From Gemmatimonadota bacterium (GTDB lineage Bacteria > JBHIER01 > G020348925), in the NCBI GenBank assembly GCA_020348925.1, contig CP070758.1, positions 3,239,688-3,303,687 on the forward strand: a stretch of 64,000 nt of DNA. Reading direction: 5' to 3'. The notes beneath the pieces were generated by a model. The model was given only the letters and a program-made list of their open reading frames with translations, was not told where the DNA came from and did not search any database. Position numbers and translations under genes: made by a program. Positions 29,927 to 40,109 of this stretch are shown piece by piece. The stretch's first letter is position 1. Each line of letters begins with the position of its first letter.

Positions 29927-32737
29927 GTGTGTATGGGGCAAAAGAAATTCACTCAAAGCAATCACATTCCTGATAGGTCCTATTATGTCTTACTTGTTCT
30001 CTTCGTCTTCTCCGCGTTCTTTTTCCTCAAACCTGCACTCTTTAATCCTGACGGTATAGGCTATTACTCATACCTCCGATCGTTGGTCATTGATGGCGAT
30101 TTCTCTCTTTTTAACGAATTTTCGCACTATCAGACGTCCAAATATTTCTTCCATCTCACCTCTGAAGGCCACGTCCGGAACGTCTTCGCCTTCGGTTCTG
30201 CCCTGGTATGGGCTCCATTTTTTCTCATAGCCCATGTGCTGACACTTGGATTGAATCTTTTTGGGTTCCATATTCCCCCTGACGGGTACTCCTTTCTGTA
30301 CATATTCATGACCAATTTCGGCACGTGTTTCTATGGTTTCCTGGCCCTCATTTTGGCCTACGAGGTGGCCAAGGACTACGTTTCCCGAAGAGCAGCCTGT
30401 GTTTCTGTCCTTGCCATCTGGTTTGCTACCAATTTCTGGAATTACATGTTCTTCGACGGGACGTTCTCACACATACCTTCGGCCTTCTCCGTTTCACTCT
30501 TCATCTATATCTGGCACAAAACCAGGCATGGTCGGACGTCCTTTCAATGGATACTGTTGGGAGCTGCGGGGGGACTTATGTCGATGATCAGATGGCAGAA
30601 CGTTCTGTATGTCATCATCCCGATTCTGGAAGCGCTCTCGGCCTTTCTGCGAAGTTCGATACATGAAAAAGCTGTCAAACCGAACGATGCAAGATGGAGA
30701 GGGATCATCGGGCCTATTGAACTGCGCGTGCATTCAAAATTCTTTGGTGGGAGTGGGCGGGAGGAGCTTCGCCGCATTCCGTTCTTCGTCAAGAGAACCC
30801 TCTTTTTTCTGTCAGCTTTTCTGTTCGCTTGTCTGCCCCAGATGATCGTCTGGAAAGTCCTGTACGGCTCCTTTATCACCATTCCACAGGGAAAATGGTT
30901 TTTGGAAGCGCACGACGCTGCGATCAACGCCGTTCTCTTTTCGTCCCACCACGGTCTCTTTGCCTGGTCGCCGGTATTAATCCTGGCGACACTGGGCTTT
31001 TATTTCCTGTACAGGAGAGACAGATTTCTATCCCTTGCGCTGCTTGTGGCCTTTTGCCTCCAGGTCTACATAAATTCAAAAGCCCTTGATACCTATGCGG
31101 GTGTATCCTTCGGACATCGCAGATTTATCAATTGTCTGCCCCTCTTTGTTTTTGGATTGGCAGCCCTTTTCGATAGGCTCAAACCCCTCCCTCAATATCT
31201 CATCACATCTCTTTTTGTTTTTTGGAATTATCTTCTCTTTCTTCAATTTCATTTTGGCTTGATCGAACCCCACTGGTACGTCTCTTTTTCTCAGATTTTT
31301 CAGGGGCAGGTTGGAGTTTTCGGCAGATTCTTTGAGCTCAGTCCGTTGGTTGTGAGAGACACCATGTTGGATCAATTAAAATATCTGGGAGCCTTTCGCT
31401 GGTTCGTCCTCTTCGTGGTGCTCTTGATATCATGTTTCACCCTCTTTTTCATGAAACGGCTCTCGAGCTGGTTTCGTGGACAGCATACGAGGCATCTCCG
31501 TGTATCCACTGTTTTCTTTTTTCTTGTTTTGATTTCAGCGAATGTTTTGGTTCTTCTGGGTGGGATGAATACGTCTCCTGCCCCTGTCAATTACAAGATG
31601 CAAGACAATTTTGCCATGGTGGACTTCGGCTGGTATGTCAATTCCAAGTACCATCGCGATCCGTTTCGATCCGATTGGACCGAAGGTGTCATGAACCACT
31701 TCCCGGATTTGAAGGCCGACACGATTGTTTGGAATTCTGTGCCCTTTCGAATACTTCCTCCTTTTCGCAATCCGGAGGATCGCGGTTCAACCATTACGAC
31801 CGCTTACCGTCCCGATTTCAGAATTGATGTCCCTCTGAAAAAGTTCCCGACGCAGGCCATCTGGCTGGCCATCGATGGCGGACTCATGTTGGGCTTGAAG
31901 GTTGCGTGTACGGACATCGTGGTCCATTACGCGGACGGATCCGTGACGACAAAGGAGGTTTTCTCCAGTGTTGACGTTTGGGATTATCGCGAATTGCCAC
32001 CGGAGGAGAATGTGTTGTGGCAGGGAGATGGTGCGCAGAGTCTGACACCGCTGCAGATTGTGACCGAGTCCGACAAGATACCCGAGCGCATAGAGTTCAT
32101 GAGTGTCACCAATGTGGGAAATGAGAATAAGAATGCCGGTATTGCTGTTTTTGCCATCACCCAGGTATTGACGGATGGTACGTTTGAGACTCTCGATTTC
32201 AAAGAGCTCAGTAACTCCGATTATCGTCAGGACCCTTTCAAGCCGGAGATCGTGCAGAACCATTTCGCTGATCTTGAGGGGGGCATGATGAAATGGCAAG
32301 GTGTCCCCTTCTCAATTTTATCGGAGTCCGACTTTCCATGGCGGGGGACGACGATTACGACCGCCTATATGTCGGATTACCGGATCAAGATCCCATTGAA
32401 AAGAGTCCCTACGAGGAGTCTGTGGTTGGCCGTCGACGGGGCTGCTGTCGTGGGCTTGATAATGCACTGCGCGGATATTGTTCTTCATTACACGGACGGT
32501 ACGTCTGTCAAGAAAGAGGTTGTTTCGGGGATCGACGTCTGGGATTACTGGGAGGATCCGCCGAAGAGCAAGCTGATCTGGAAAGGTGACGGGAGGCAGA
32601 GTCTCACGGTCTTGGAGATTGAGACAGATGCCAGGAAGATGCCAGCGTATCTTGAAATCAGAAGTGTGAGGGGTGTGGGAAACAATTTTCAAAATCCGGG
32701 CATTGCCGTTTTTGCCATCACGCAAGGGCTCGAATAA
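29927..32737 (+). CDS. GT-C-type membrane glycosyltransferase with two tandem C-terminal extracytoplasmic domains
   Basis: DGIGYYSYLRS..IDGD, LFSSHHGLFAWSP, FGHRRF; internal duplication of about 185 aa. Confidence 0.7.
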   Translation: MCMGQKKFTQSNHIPDRSYYVLLVLFVFSAFFFLKPALFNPDGIGYYSYLRSLVIDGDFSLFNEFSHYQTSKYFFHLTSEGHVRNVFAFGSALVWAPFFLIAHVLTLGLNLFGFHIPPDGYSFLYIFMTNFGTCFYGFLALILAYEVAKDYVSRRAACVSVLAIWFATNFWNYMFFDGTFSHIPSAFSVSLFIYIWHKTRHGRTSFQWILLGAAGGLMSMIRWQNVLYVIIPILEALSAFLRSSIHEKAVKPNDARWRGIIGPIELRVHSKFFGGSGREELRRIPFFVKRTLFFLSAFLFACLPQMIVWKVLYGSFITIPQGKWFLEAHDAAINAVLFSSHHGLFAWSPVLILATLGFYFLYRRDRFLSLALLVAFCLQVYINSKALDTYAGVSFGHRRFINCLPLFVFGLAALFDRLKPLPQYLITSLFVFWNYLLFLQFHFGLIEPHWYVSFSQIFQGQVGVFGRFFELSPLVVRDTMLDQLKYLGAFRWFVLFVVLLISCFTLFFMKRLSSWFRGQHTRHLRVSTVFFFLVLISANVLVLLGGMNTSPAPVNYKMQDNFAMVDFGWYVNSKYHRDPFRSDWTEGVMNHFPDLKADTIVWNSVPFRILPPFRNPEDRGSTITTAYRPDFRIDVPLKKFPTQAIWLAIDGGLMLGLKVACTDIVVHYADGSVTTKEVFSSVDVWDYRELPPEENVLWQGDGAQSLTPLQIVTESDKIPERIEFMSVTNVGNENKNAGIAVFAITQVLTDGTFETLDFKELSNSDYRQDPFKPEIVQNHFADLEGGMMKWQGVPFSILSESDFPWRGTTITTAYMSDYRIKIPLKRVPTRSLWLAVDGAAVVGLIMHCADIVLHYTDGTSVKKEVVSGIDVWDYWEDPPKSKLIWKGDGRQSLTVLEIETDARKMPAYLEIRSVRGVGNNFQNPGIAVFAITQGLE

Positions 32738-32843
32738 CTCCCCTTCCTTTGTGACGATGACGGAGGGTATGGCGGGTGAATTTTTAACATCCATTCTCAG
32801 GTCCTTGTGAGAGGGGAACCAGAGGGATCGCCTCAGAGTTCTT

Positions 32844-33998
32844 ATGGCTGCAAAGGGGTACAAAAGGATGCGCTTCATCGATCGAAATGTCGGCGTACCT
32901 CTCTGTTTTTTGTTCGGACATTTCGACAGACTTCTGGGGTTGATCAGAAGACGGAGATCCGTTCATCCGCTCGAGAAGATTTTGGTCGTAGCTCCTCCGG
33001 CGATTGGCGATGCCGTCCTCTTACTCCCCTCGCTCCGTTCGATACGGGAGGGATTTCCCGAGGCGGAAATTCATCTCGTCGCCTATCCCGTCAATGAGGA
33101 GATTTTCGAGAACTGCTCCTATTTCGATCAACAGTTGGTTTTCAATAATCAAGAGTATTTACAAGAACCACTCAAGGTTTTTCGGTTTCTGCACACGCTC
33201 CGCGAATCGAAATATGACCTGGCCATCGATTTCGGCCAATGGTTGAGAACGAGCGCTTTGATCACGTTTTTAAGCCGAGCCCCGAGGAGAATCGGTTTCC
33301 GAACGGTTGGTCAGCATCGCCATTGGGTGTTCACCGAGACAGTCACCCATAAGAATGACCTTCACGAAATGGAGTGTTTCCTGGAGCTCGTTCGGGTTCT
33401 CGGCCTTTCCGGCGAAGCGACACCACCCCGGCTCTCCTATGATGCATCACACGTCCATTTTGCGAAGAATCTCTCGGGGCAGCTCAAAAAGCGTTCAAAA
33501 CTGTTGGTCGGAGTTCATCCTGGGGGGGCTCTCCAGGGAAGCTTAAGACTGTGGGATACGGACAAATTCGCTCTGGTTTGCGATCGATTGATCGAAACAT
33601 ACGAGGCTGCCGTCATCTTGACGGGCGATTGTGACGATCGGAGGTTCACCCATTCTGTTATTTCGAAGATGAAATGCCCGGCGTTGGACGTTGCAGGCAA
33701 GACTTCTCTCAAACAGTTGGCCGCGCTCATTGCCGAATGTGACGTGTACATCTGCGGGAATACGGGGGCAATGCATATTGCAGCCGCCGTGGGCACACCT
33801 ATCGTAGCATTGCACGGGCCGTCGGATTCCAGGAAGTGGGGACCGGTCGGCTCCGACCATGTCATCGTCCGAAAGGATCTGTCATGCGTCCCCTGTACCT
33901 CGCTGGGATGGGAGTATCGGTGTACCTCCGGGAGGTGTATGGAGATGATTACCCCGGATGATGTGTTCCAAGCCGCGACCCAGCTGCTTCAACTGTGA
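32844..33998 (+). CDS. GT9 (LPS heptosyltransferase-like) glycosyltransferase
   Basis: AIGDAVL, HE, VHPGG, GKTSL, NTGAMHIAAAVGTP.VALHGP, Cys-rich C-terminus. Confidence 0.88.
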   Translation: MAAKGYKRMRFIDRNVGVPLCFLFGHFDRLLGLIRRRRSVHPLEKILVVAPPAIGDAVLLLPSLRSIREGFPEAEIHLVAYPVNEEIFENCSYFDQQLVFNNQEYLQEPLKVFRFLHTLRESKYDLAIDFGQWLRTSALITFLSRAPRRIGFRTVGQHRHWVFTETVTHKNDLHEMECFLELVRVLGLSGEATPPRLSYDASHVHFAKNLSGQLKKRSKLLVGVHPGGALQGSLRLWDTDKFALVCDRLIETYEAAVILTGDCDDRRFTHSVISKMKCPALDVAGKTSLKQLAALIAECDVYICGNTGAMHIAAAVGTPIVALHGPSDSRKWGPVGSDHVIVRKDLSCVPCTSLGWEYRCTSGRCMEMITPDDVFQAATQLLQL

Positions 33999-34078
33999 GA
34001 GCGCGCTCTCATTCCGGTCTTGCGGAAAATGCTGTGGTGGCTTGTGCGAACAACGTCGCGCACCTGTCGTGCGTCTGT

Positions 34079-37000
34079 TCAGAGCTCTTCACCTCGGTTT
34101 GATATCCCACGTCCGTGAGAGGCGGAGTCACCCTGAGGCACGAATTGTGAGGCGCTGTCCCTCAGTTGGAGAAGAACGGCGTCGAGAAGTTTCCGGGCAC
34201 CCGAGTGAAAGGGATCTCTCCGTAGCAGCGCTCTGCATTTTTGCCGTGCCTCATCGTAGAATCGGTGGCGCTGATACAACGTTGCCAGCTGGAAATCCCG
34301 GTCGTTGAGACTTCTGATTTCAGAGATGAAGAGAACTTCCCCGGGGATCAAGGTTTCCCTGGTCTCGCCAGGAGGAATCCAGGTGAGACAGAGCTCAGCG
34401 TTGCCGATACCGTTATCCATGTACCGAACTTCGATTTTATGAAATCCTTTTGACAATCGTCGCAAACCAAATCTTTTCTGTATGGGATGGAATCCTCCGT
34501 TATTGACCACTTCTTCGTCATCCACATAGAAGTGCGATCCATCGTCTGAGGTTAAAGCGAATTGGTACTCGCCCTCTGTCTCGATGAAGATGGTTCCTGT
34601 CCATTTTGCGCTCAAAGAGTCCGGCAGGGGCCGCGTCTGTTTATCCGTCCAATTGATTGAGATTTCAGGATATCTTGTGGTCATTACGGGCTGACCCTGG
34701 AAGGCGGTTCCGGAATAGATTTCCCCTGTCAGACCGTTGACATAGGTTTCTTCAACGGCCCGGAGGATCGCGTTTTTCGAACCAGGAGTCAACGCGGCAG
34801 TGGTGAGCCATGCCTCCACGGCTCTGGGCATGTTCCCTTGAGCATGATAATATTCGGCAGAACTCCAGTTGAAAAAAGACAAAGCATCCTTCTCATTCAA
34901 ACTGTGTGTCCAGAGATAGATTTCCGGCAGTGGGGTCATCTCCTCATCCGGGGGTCGCCACAGAAGCTCAATCTGAGCACCTTCTGTTGAGCTGCGATAT
35001 TTTATTTCGATGTGATGGAGGCTGTGGTCTAAAAACACCGCTGCTGTGTGGACGGCGCCTGTTGCATCGTCGCATTCCGGAGTTTTCAAGAGCGGCTCAC
35101 CATTCAAACTGACGGAAGCTTTGCCCTGTGCCTTCAGCTTGAAATTATACTCCCCGCTTCGTGGCACCCACAGTTCCCCTGTCCAATGGACAGAGAAGTC
35201 CTGACCGGAGTGAAAGGGATGCTTGAGACTCTCACTCCCGAAGGATATGGGCGCATCTCTGCGAGTTAAAAACGGCTCTTGATCCTTTTCGGGATCCCAG
35301 AAATACGTTCCGTTCAGTCCTGATTCCACCGGCGGTTGATGCTTTTCGGCTCTCTTCACATTGATCATGGCACCAACGTGAGAGGGATTCTTTTGCAGCA
35401 CTCCTTCATATTTCATCCTGGCAGATTGAAAGAGAGCATGCCGGTGATAGATGAGACCGAGCTCGTAATGCTTTTTTTCCTCGCTGTTGATTTCAGGAAT
35501 GTAGAAAGCATCTTCCGGGATGATCTCTTTCAACCTTCTGCCCGGTTTCACCCACCACAGATACATTTGTCCGTCCCCAAGACCATTTTCGAAATACTCG
35601 ACTGTGACCGGATGAAATCCCTCGGACAGATGCAATGTCACAATACGTTTTTGTCTCTGATGCGTGCCACCGTTGTCAATGAGATAGACACCGTCCAGAA
35701 AGAGTTGTGAGCCGTCATCGGAGTCCAACATGATTTTATATATGCCTGATTGTTCTACGAAGAGGTTGCCGTTCCACTGCACTGACAGCTCACCGGGTAT
35801 CGGTCTCGGTTTCTTGTGTATCGTGGCGATATCGATGGCGATGTGAGGGTCCTGTTGTCTGAATTTTTTCTCTCCGTAATAGTTTTCATAGTAGTCGCCA
35901 ACCAGGCCGTGGATTTTACCCTGCAGCTGCTGGATGTTTTGGGATCGCCTGTCGAAAACCCTGGGTTCATCGAGAAACGGTTTTCTGTGAAACGTGTAGG
36001 TGTGAGTCGATTGATATATCTGCCATCCGAACAAAAGAGCGATGAGAATGACGAACGATATCAACGTCTCACGCCGGTACCTTGTGAACAGGCGTGACAT
36101 CTCTTTGGTTTTCTCCCTCAGAAAGATTTTGTCCCTGCTGAAATGGAAGAGGGTGAAACTTTCCTTGAGCGCACTGCGCATGGCGATGAGTGTCGTGAGA
36201 AGACTTAGGATAGGAATGAGGATGATGGATTTCAAAGAGAGCGGTGCATCTGACCTGAGCAGGTCATAAAACCAGTACAACACATCGCCATTTTTAATGT
36301 ATTCGTTCCAGTAGACGATGAGGGGGGACCAGTGGGGAACGAATCGAACCGATTCGATAATATGCCAGCGGACGAAACAAAAGTGATCGAAATTCACAGA
36401 GGCACCGACCATTTGGACAAATATCCCTGCAAAGCATACGCCGAAGAAGAGAAGCTTCAACGGCAGACTGGTCTTCATGTGTGCGCTTGTGAGGAGTTGG
36501 CCCACCGGAAGGATCATGAAGGGAATGATGGGAACGATGTATCGCGGGCCAAATCCCGCGTCTCCGTGCCAGAAATCGCTTTTGGAATAGAAGACGATTT
36601 GAAAGAGAATAATCCACAGGAACAGGAGGGATTCGAACTTATGGTCGTGATAGAATTTCTTTATGGAAAAGAAGAACAGGATCACCGGGGGGGACCAGAT
36701 GAAAATGCTTTTCCCAGGGCTGAAAAGATACCCGTAGAGACCGACATACACCTTTCCCGAGAAGTGGCGAAGGCCTGTGCCGGAAACATCAAAGATATCG
36801 AGGAATCTCACATAATTGTAATAAAAGAGGATAGTCATGGGAAGCATGAATCCGACGCCGAAGAGGAGTACATCCCTCACAATTTCAGGCAAACCTCTTC
36901 TTCGGCCCTGGTCAAAAATCACAGCCGCAAGCATGTATAATGTGACCGCCGGAAATGCCACGAAAAATCCTTGGAATCGCGCCAGTGATGACGCTCCCAA

Positions 37001-37582
37001 AAAGAATCCGGCCAGAAAGAGGTGATAGGGCTTCCTCTCGAGCTTATAACCCAGCAGAAGGTAGAGGGAAAGCCAGATCAGGAGCATGAGCAGACCCGTC
37101 CCGTAAAAGAATTTTGACATGGGGAGTACGTTCGTGCCCAGGCCTACAATGAGCGTGAGAATCATTGATACGGATATCGGATACCCAAACTTGCAGCAGA
37201 AGAGAAAGAAGACCATACAGAAGAGGGCCATGATGAACTGATTCGTGGTGGTGGTGAAGAAGTAGGGGAGATCCCCGTTGGCGAAGTACTGATGGAGCTC
37301 GGGAGGGATCACCCTTTCCATGACTTTTCCCCAGGAATAAAAGATTCCCGCCACGGCCGAAAATCCGAGGCCGTAGGGACTAAAGATCTTGTCGTCGTGT
37401 CGGGATTCAGTGGCCATAACGCGCCACGGGATAGCGATACTCCTCCTCTCGACCAAGCTTTTCGTCAGTTCGTATTTGGGACCGGAATCGACCGAGACGT
37501 TCCGACCACCCATGGCCAACAGGTAGACCGAGAGAAAGAAGAAAAAGAGGAGGAGCGCGCACCTTTTTTTTCGATCCCACAT
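34079..37582 (-). CDS. GT-C-like membrane protein with three PA14 domains and TPR-like helices
   Basis: Many TM helices, LFSPGKSIFIWSP, WHGD..FGPRY; three PA14-like repeats (W.G.......G.Y.F...SDDG). Confidence 0.75.
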   Translation of the reverse strand: MWDRKKRCALLLFFFFLSVYLLAMGGRNVSVDSGPKYELTKSLVERRSIAIPWRVMATESRHDDKIFSPYGLGFSAVAGIFYSWGKVMERVIPPELHQYFANGDLPYFFTTTTNQFIMALFCMVFFLFCCKFGYPISVSMILTLIVGLGTNVLPMSKFFYGTGLLMLLIWLSLYLLLGYKLERKPYHLFLAGFFLGASSLARFQGFFVAFPAVTLYMLAAVIFDQGRRRGLPEIVRDVLLFGVGFMLPMTILFYYNYVRFLDIFDVSGTGLRHFSGKVYVGLYGYLFSPGKSIFIWSPPVILFFFSIKKFYHDHKFESLLFLWIILFQIVFYSKSDFWHGDAGFGPRYIVPIIPFMILPVGQLLTSAHMKTSLPLKLLFFGVCFAGIFVQMVGASVNFDHFCFVRWHIIESVRFVPHWSPLIVYWNEYIKNGDVLYWFYDLLRSDAPLSLKSIILIPILSLLTTLIAMRSALKESFTLFHFSRDKIFLREKTKEMSRLFTRYRRETLISFVILIALLFGWQIYQSTHTYTFHRKPFLDEPRVFDRRSQNIQQLQGKIHGLVGDYYENYYGEKKFRQQDPHIAIDIATIHKKPRPIPGELSVQWNGNLFVEQSGIYKIMLDSDDGSQLFLDGVYLIDNGGTHQRQKRIVTLHLSEGFHPVTVEYFENGLGDGQMYLWWVKPGRRLKEIIPEDAFYIPEINSEEKKHYELGLIYHRHALFQSARMKYEGVLQKNPSHVGAMINVKRAEKHQPPVESGLNGTYFWDPEKDQEPFLTRRDAPISFGSESLKHPFHSGQDFSVHWTGELWVPRSGEYNFKLKAQGKASVSLNGEPLLKTPECDDATGAVHTAAVFLDHSLHHIEIKYRSSTEGAQIELLWRPPDEEMTPLPEIYLWTHSLNEKDALSFFNWSSAEYYHAQGNMPRAVEAWLTTAALTPGSKNAILRAVEETYVNGLTGEIYSGTAFQGQPVMTTRYPEISINWTDKQTRPLPDSLSAKWTGTIFIETEGEYQFALTSDDGSHFYVDDEEVVNNGGFHPIQKRFGLRRLSKGFHKIEVRYMDNGIGNAELCLTWIPPGETRETLIPGEVLFISEIRSLNDRDFQLATLYQRHRFYDEARQKCRALLRRDPFHSGARKLLDAVLLQLRDSASQFVPQGDSASHGRGISNRGEEL

Positions 37583-37585
37583 TTC

Positions 37586-38521
37586 TTAAATCCTTTTACC
37601 CATAAGGGATAGAACTCCGTAGGAGAAAAGAGTGTAAGAGCCGAGAAGGCCGACCCACATCATGGTGTAAAACGAGGCGAAGGATATGCTTACTGGATAA
37701 CTGTAACCAAATTGTATCAGGAGCGAGGAGGCAATGCCCTCGGTCGGTCCCACAGGGATGACCATAAAAGTACCGGCCAACGTAGAAAGGGAGGAAACAA
37801 AAGCTGTTTGTGACAGATTCAAGTTCATGTCCAACGACCGGAGAAGGAGATGATAGGCCAGGATCACGCACCCCCAGAAAAGGAAGGACAGGATGAAGAG
37901 CATGGCCATGTGTGAACCTGTTCGCGAAAGGGCCGTGACGGTCTCGAGGAACAGATCGACGTGATGACTCGTCTTTTCAAAAGAGAGGAGCTTCTGCCTG
38001 ATTTTGCCAATGATCCAACCTCTTTTCATCCAGAGGATCACTCCAAGCGCAAGTGCGAAGAGAATCCAGGCGAGAGGATAGAGTCTCTTTTGGGATCCCA
38101 AGAGAAGGTCGAGGTTGATCAGAGTGGAGCAGGTCATGATGATAAAAAGGACCAACATGTGGGCGATGCGCTCACAGAAGAGAATAGCGACGACCTTCCC
38201 AAACGGAAGTTTGGCCGATGTGCTGACGATCCAGGGTCCGACCAATTCGCCACTTCTCACGGGCAGCGCTATGCCTGAAAAGAAGGCGATGATCAACAAC
38301 GGCAGCAATCTGAAGAACGTGATGGATTCCTGCGCTCTTCTCAAGAGGTATTGCCAGGCGAAAACCCTGGCCAGAATCGTAGAGGAGAGGAGTCCTCCTG
38401 CTGCCAGAGCATAGTCCAAACGGACCATCTGCCACGTGCTCCAGACGGTCTTGAAATCGGCCAGCTTCAGAAGCACAAACATGATGACGATGGACAGAAC
38501 CAGTGTCAGCCATTTACTCAC
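37586..38521 (-). CDS. UPF0104 flippase-like membrane protein
   Basis: R..AWQYLL, LPVRSGEL, ER, GPTEG; polytopic. Confidence 0.75.
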   Translation of the reverse strand: MSKWLTLVLSIVIMFVLLKLADFKTVWSTWQMVRLDYALAAGGLLSSTILARVFAWQYLLRRAQESITFFRLLPLLIIAFFSGIALPVRSGELVGPWIVSTSAKLPFGKVVAILFCERIAHMLVLFIIMTCSTLINLDLLLGSQKRLYPLAWILFALALGVILWMKRGWIIGKIRQKLLSFEKTSHHVDLFLETVTALSRTGSHMAMLFILSFLFWGCVILAYHLLLRSLDMNLNLSQTAFVSSLSTLAGTFMVIPVGPTEGIASSLLIQFGYSYPVSISFASFYTMMWVGLLGSYTLFSYGVLSLMGKRI

Positions 38522-38597
38522 AGCGTATCTCGACGGTTCTTGAAATTATTCTGAAAGAGTCTGTTTGCGGATTGCACCATCTGTAGGGAATGCCGGC

Positions 38598-39788
38598 CTA
38601 TTCTTTCGAAATACCCAAAATTCCCAAGAGAAATGATGAAAAAATAATCCTGACGCCAATGACAATGCAAACGAGTGCGAGCAAGGCCGCTCTCACTTCT
38701 TGCAGAGGACCGAATCCACTGGCGATCCATTTGTAGAGAATCCAGGCGTCGATGAGAACACCAATGAGGAAAAGTCCACCGCCTGAATACAACCCTTTTT
38801 CGAGGGAAAATGAACTCTTCAGCATTTTGAAAATTTTGTCCTCCTGTTCAAAGCTGTGTTGTATGGCATAGGCCTTGGCATAGAGTCCCAAATTTATCAC
38901 TTCGAATCCCAACAGACCGATCATGCTTCCCAGAACCATGAAGTGTATGTCATACCCATGGCCTCCTATCTTCAGAGGGCCGGGTAATAACACGATCGTC
39001 ATCAGCAGCCCAAGAAGAAACAGACTCAAGCCGGGGATGAGAAAGAGATAGGTCGGACAGTGCATCAACATGAATCTCAGATGCCGCCAGCCGTCTTGAA
39101 AAGAATGGAGATGCGAGGGAGTACCGGGTCTGGGATGAAGGGTGATTGGAATTTCAGTGATCTTGAGCCCGGCTTTCGAAGCTTTGATGACCATTTCCGA
39201 TGCGAACTCCATACCCCTGGTCTGTAAATCCATCGTCTTGTAAGCCTCTTTGGTGAACGATCTCATGCCGCAATGCGCGTCGGAGACGCCGGTTTTGTAA
39301 AAGAGGTTCAGGATTCCGGACAAGAGAGGATTGCCAAGGCGGTGGAGAGCGGTCATGGCTCCGGGCAGAATCTGTCCCTTGAGCCGATTTCCCATGACCA
39401 TGTCGAAACCCTGTCTGAGCGGCCGGATGAACCTCTCGATTTCGGAGAAATCGTAGGTGTTGTCCGAATCCCCCATGACGATGTATTTCCCCCTGGCGGC
39501 TTCGATGCCCTTCATGTACGCGCTGCCGTACCCCTTAACGTTTTGATGGACGACTCGTGCACCCATCGATGCTGCGACCTCGGCGGACGTATCGGTGGAT
39601 CCGTTATCCGAGATGATGATTTCACCCCGTATGTCGTTTTCCTCGAGCGCTCTTTTCGCTTTCTCGATACAGATGCCGACCGTCTTCTCCTCGTTCAGAC
39701 ACGGCATGACGACGGAGACTTCAACCTCATGAAGCCGTCGGTAGTCCGCCCCGGGATTTTCGGATTTCTCGCTCGATTTCGCTGACAT
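38598..39788 (-). CDS. GT2 polyprenyl-phosphate glycosyltransferase with C-terminal TM helices
   Basis: MPCLNE, DNGSTD, GYGSA, MGDSDNTY, DAHCGMR, GMEFASEM, DGWRHL. Confidence 0.88.
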   Translation of the reverse strand: MSAKSSEKSENPGADYRRLHEVEVSVVMPCLNEEKTVGICIEKAKRALEENDIRGEIIISDNGSTDTSAEVAASMGARVVHQNVKGYGSAYMKGIEAARGKYIVMGDSDNTYDFSEIERFIRPLRQGFDMVMGNRLKGQILPGAMTALHRLGNPLLSGILNLFYKTGVSDAHCGMRSFTKEAYKTMDLQTRGMEFASEMVIKASKAGLKITEIPITLHPRPGTPSHLHSFQDGWRHLRFMLMHCPTYLFLIPGLSLFLLGLLMTIVLLPGPLKIGGHGYDIHFMVLGSMIGLLGFEVINLGLYAKAYAIQHSFEQEDKIFKMLKSSFSLEKGLYSGGGLFLIGVLIDAWILYKWIASGFGPLQEVRAALLALVCIVIGVRIIFSSFLLGILGISKE

Positions 39789-39865
39789 CGTAGTTGCTGC
39801 TCGTGTCGGTGTGAAAATTTTATTGTATTACACATCAATTGTGGTATATTAATTGTAATTTTACT

Positions 39866-39894
39866 ATTATAGTGTGATATTCAATAATTGTCAA
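39866..39894 (-). promoter_or_regulatory. Consensus sigma70 promoter for the minus-strand GT2-flippase-GT-C operon
   Basis: Reverse strand reads TTGACA-17 nt-TATAAT exactly. Confidence 0.8.
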
Positions 39895-40109
39895 GGGCAA
39901 AACGGGCGACCGTTCCAAATATTCGGAGGGAAAAAGATTTCACCGCAGCAGGAATGCTTCATCTTTGTTCCGGTTGTTGGAATGGGGCTTCAAAGAGTCC
40001 GGATCTGTTGGGCATGATGAGGCGCAGCACGTTCAGGTCTCAGATATGAGATGGAACACATGTCTCAAGAAAGACGGAGAGAAATTCCCCTGCCCGAGGA
40101 GATATCACT

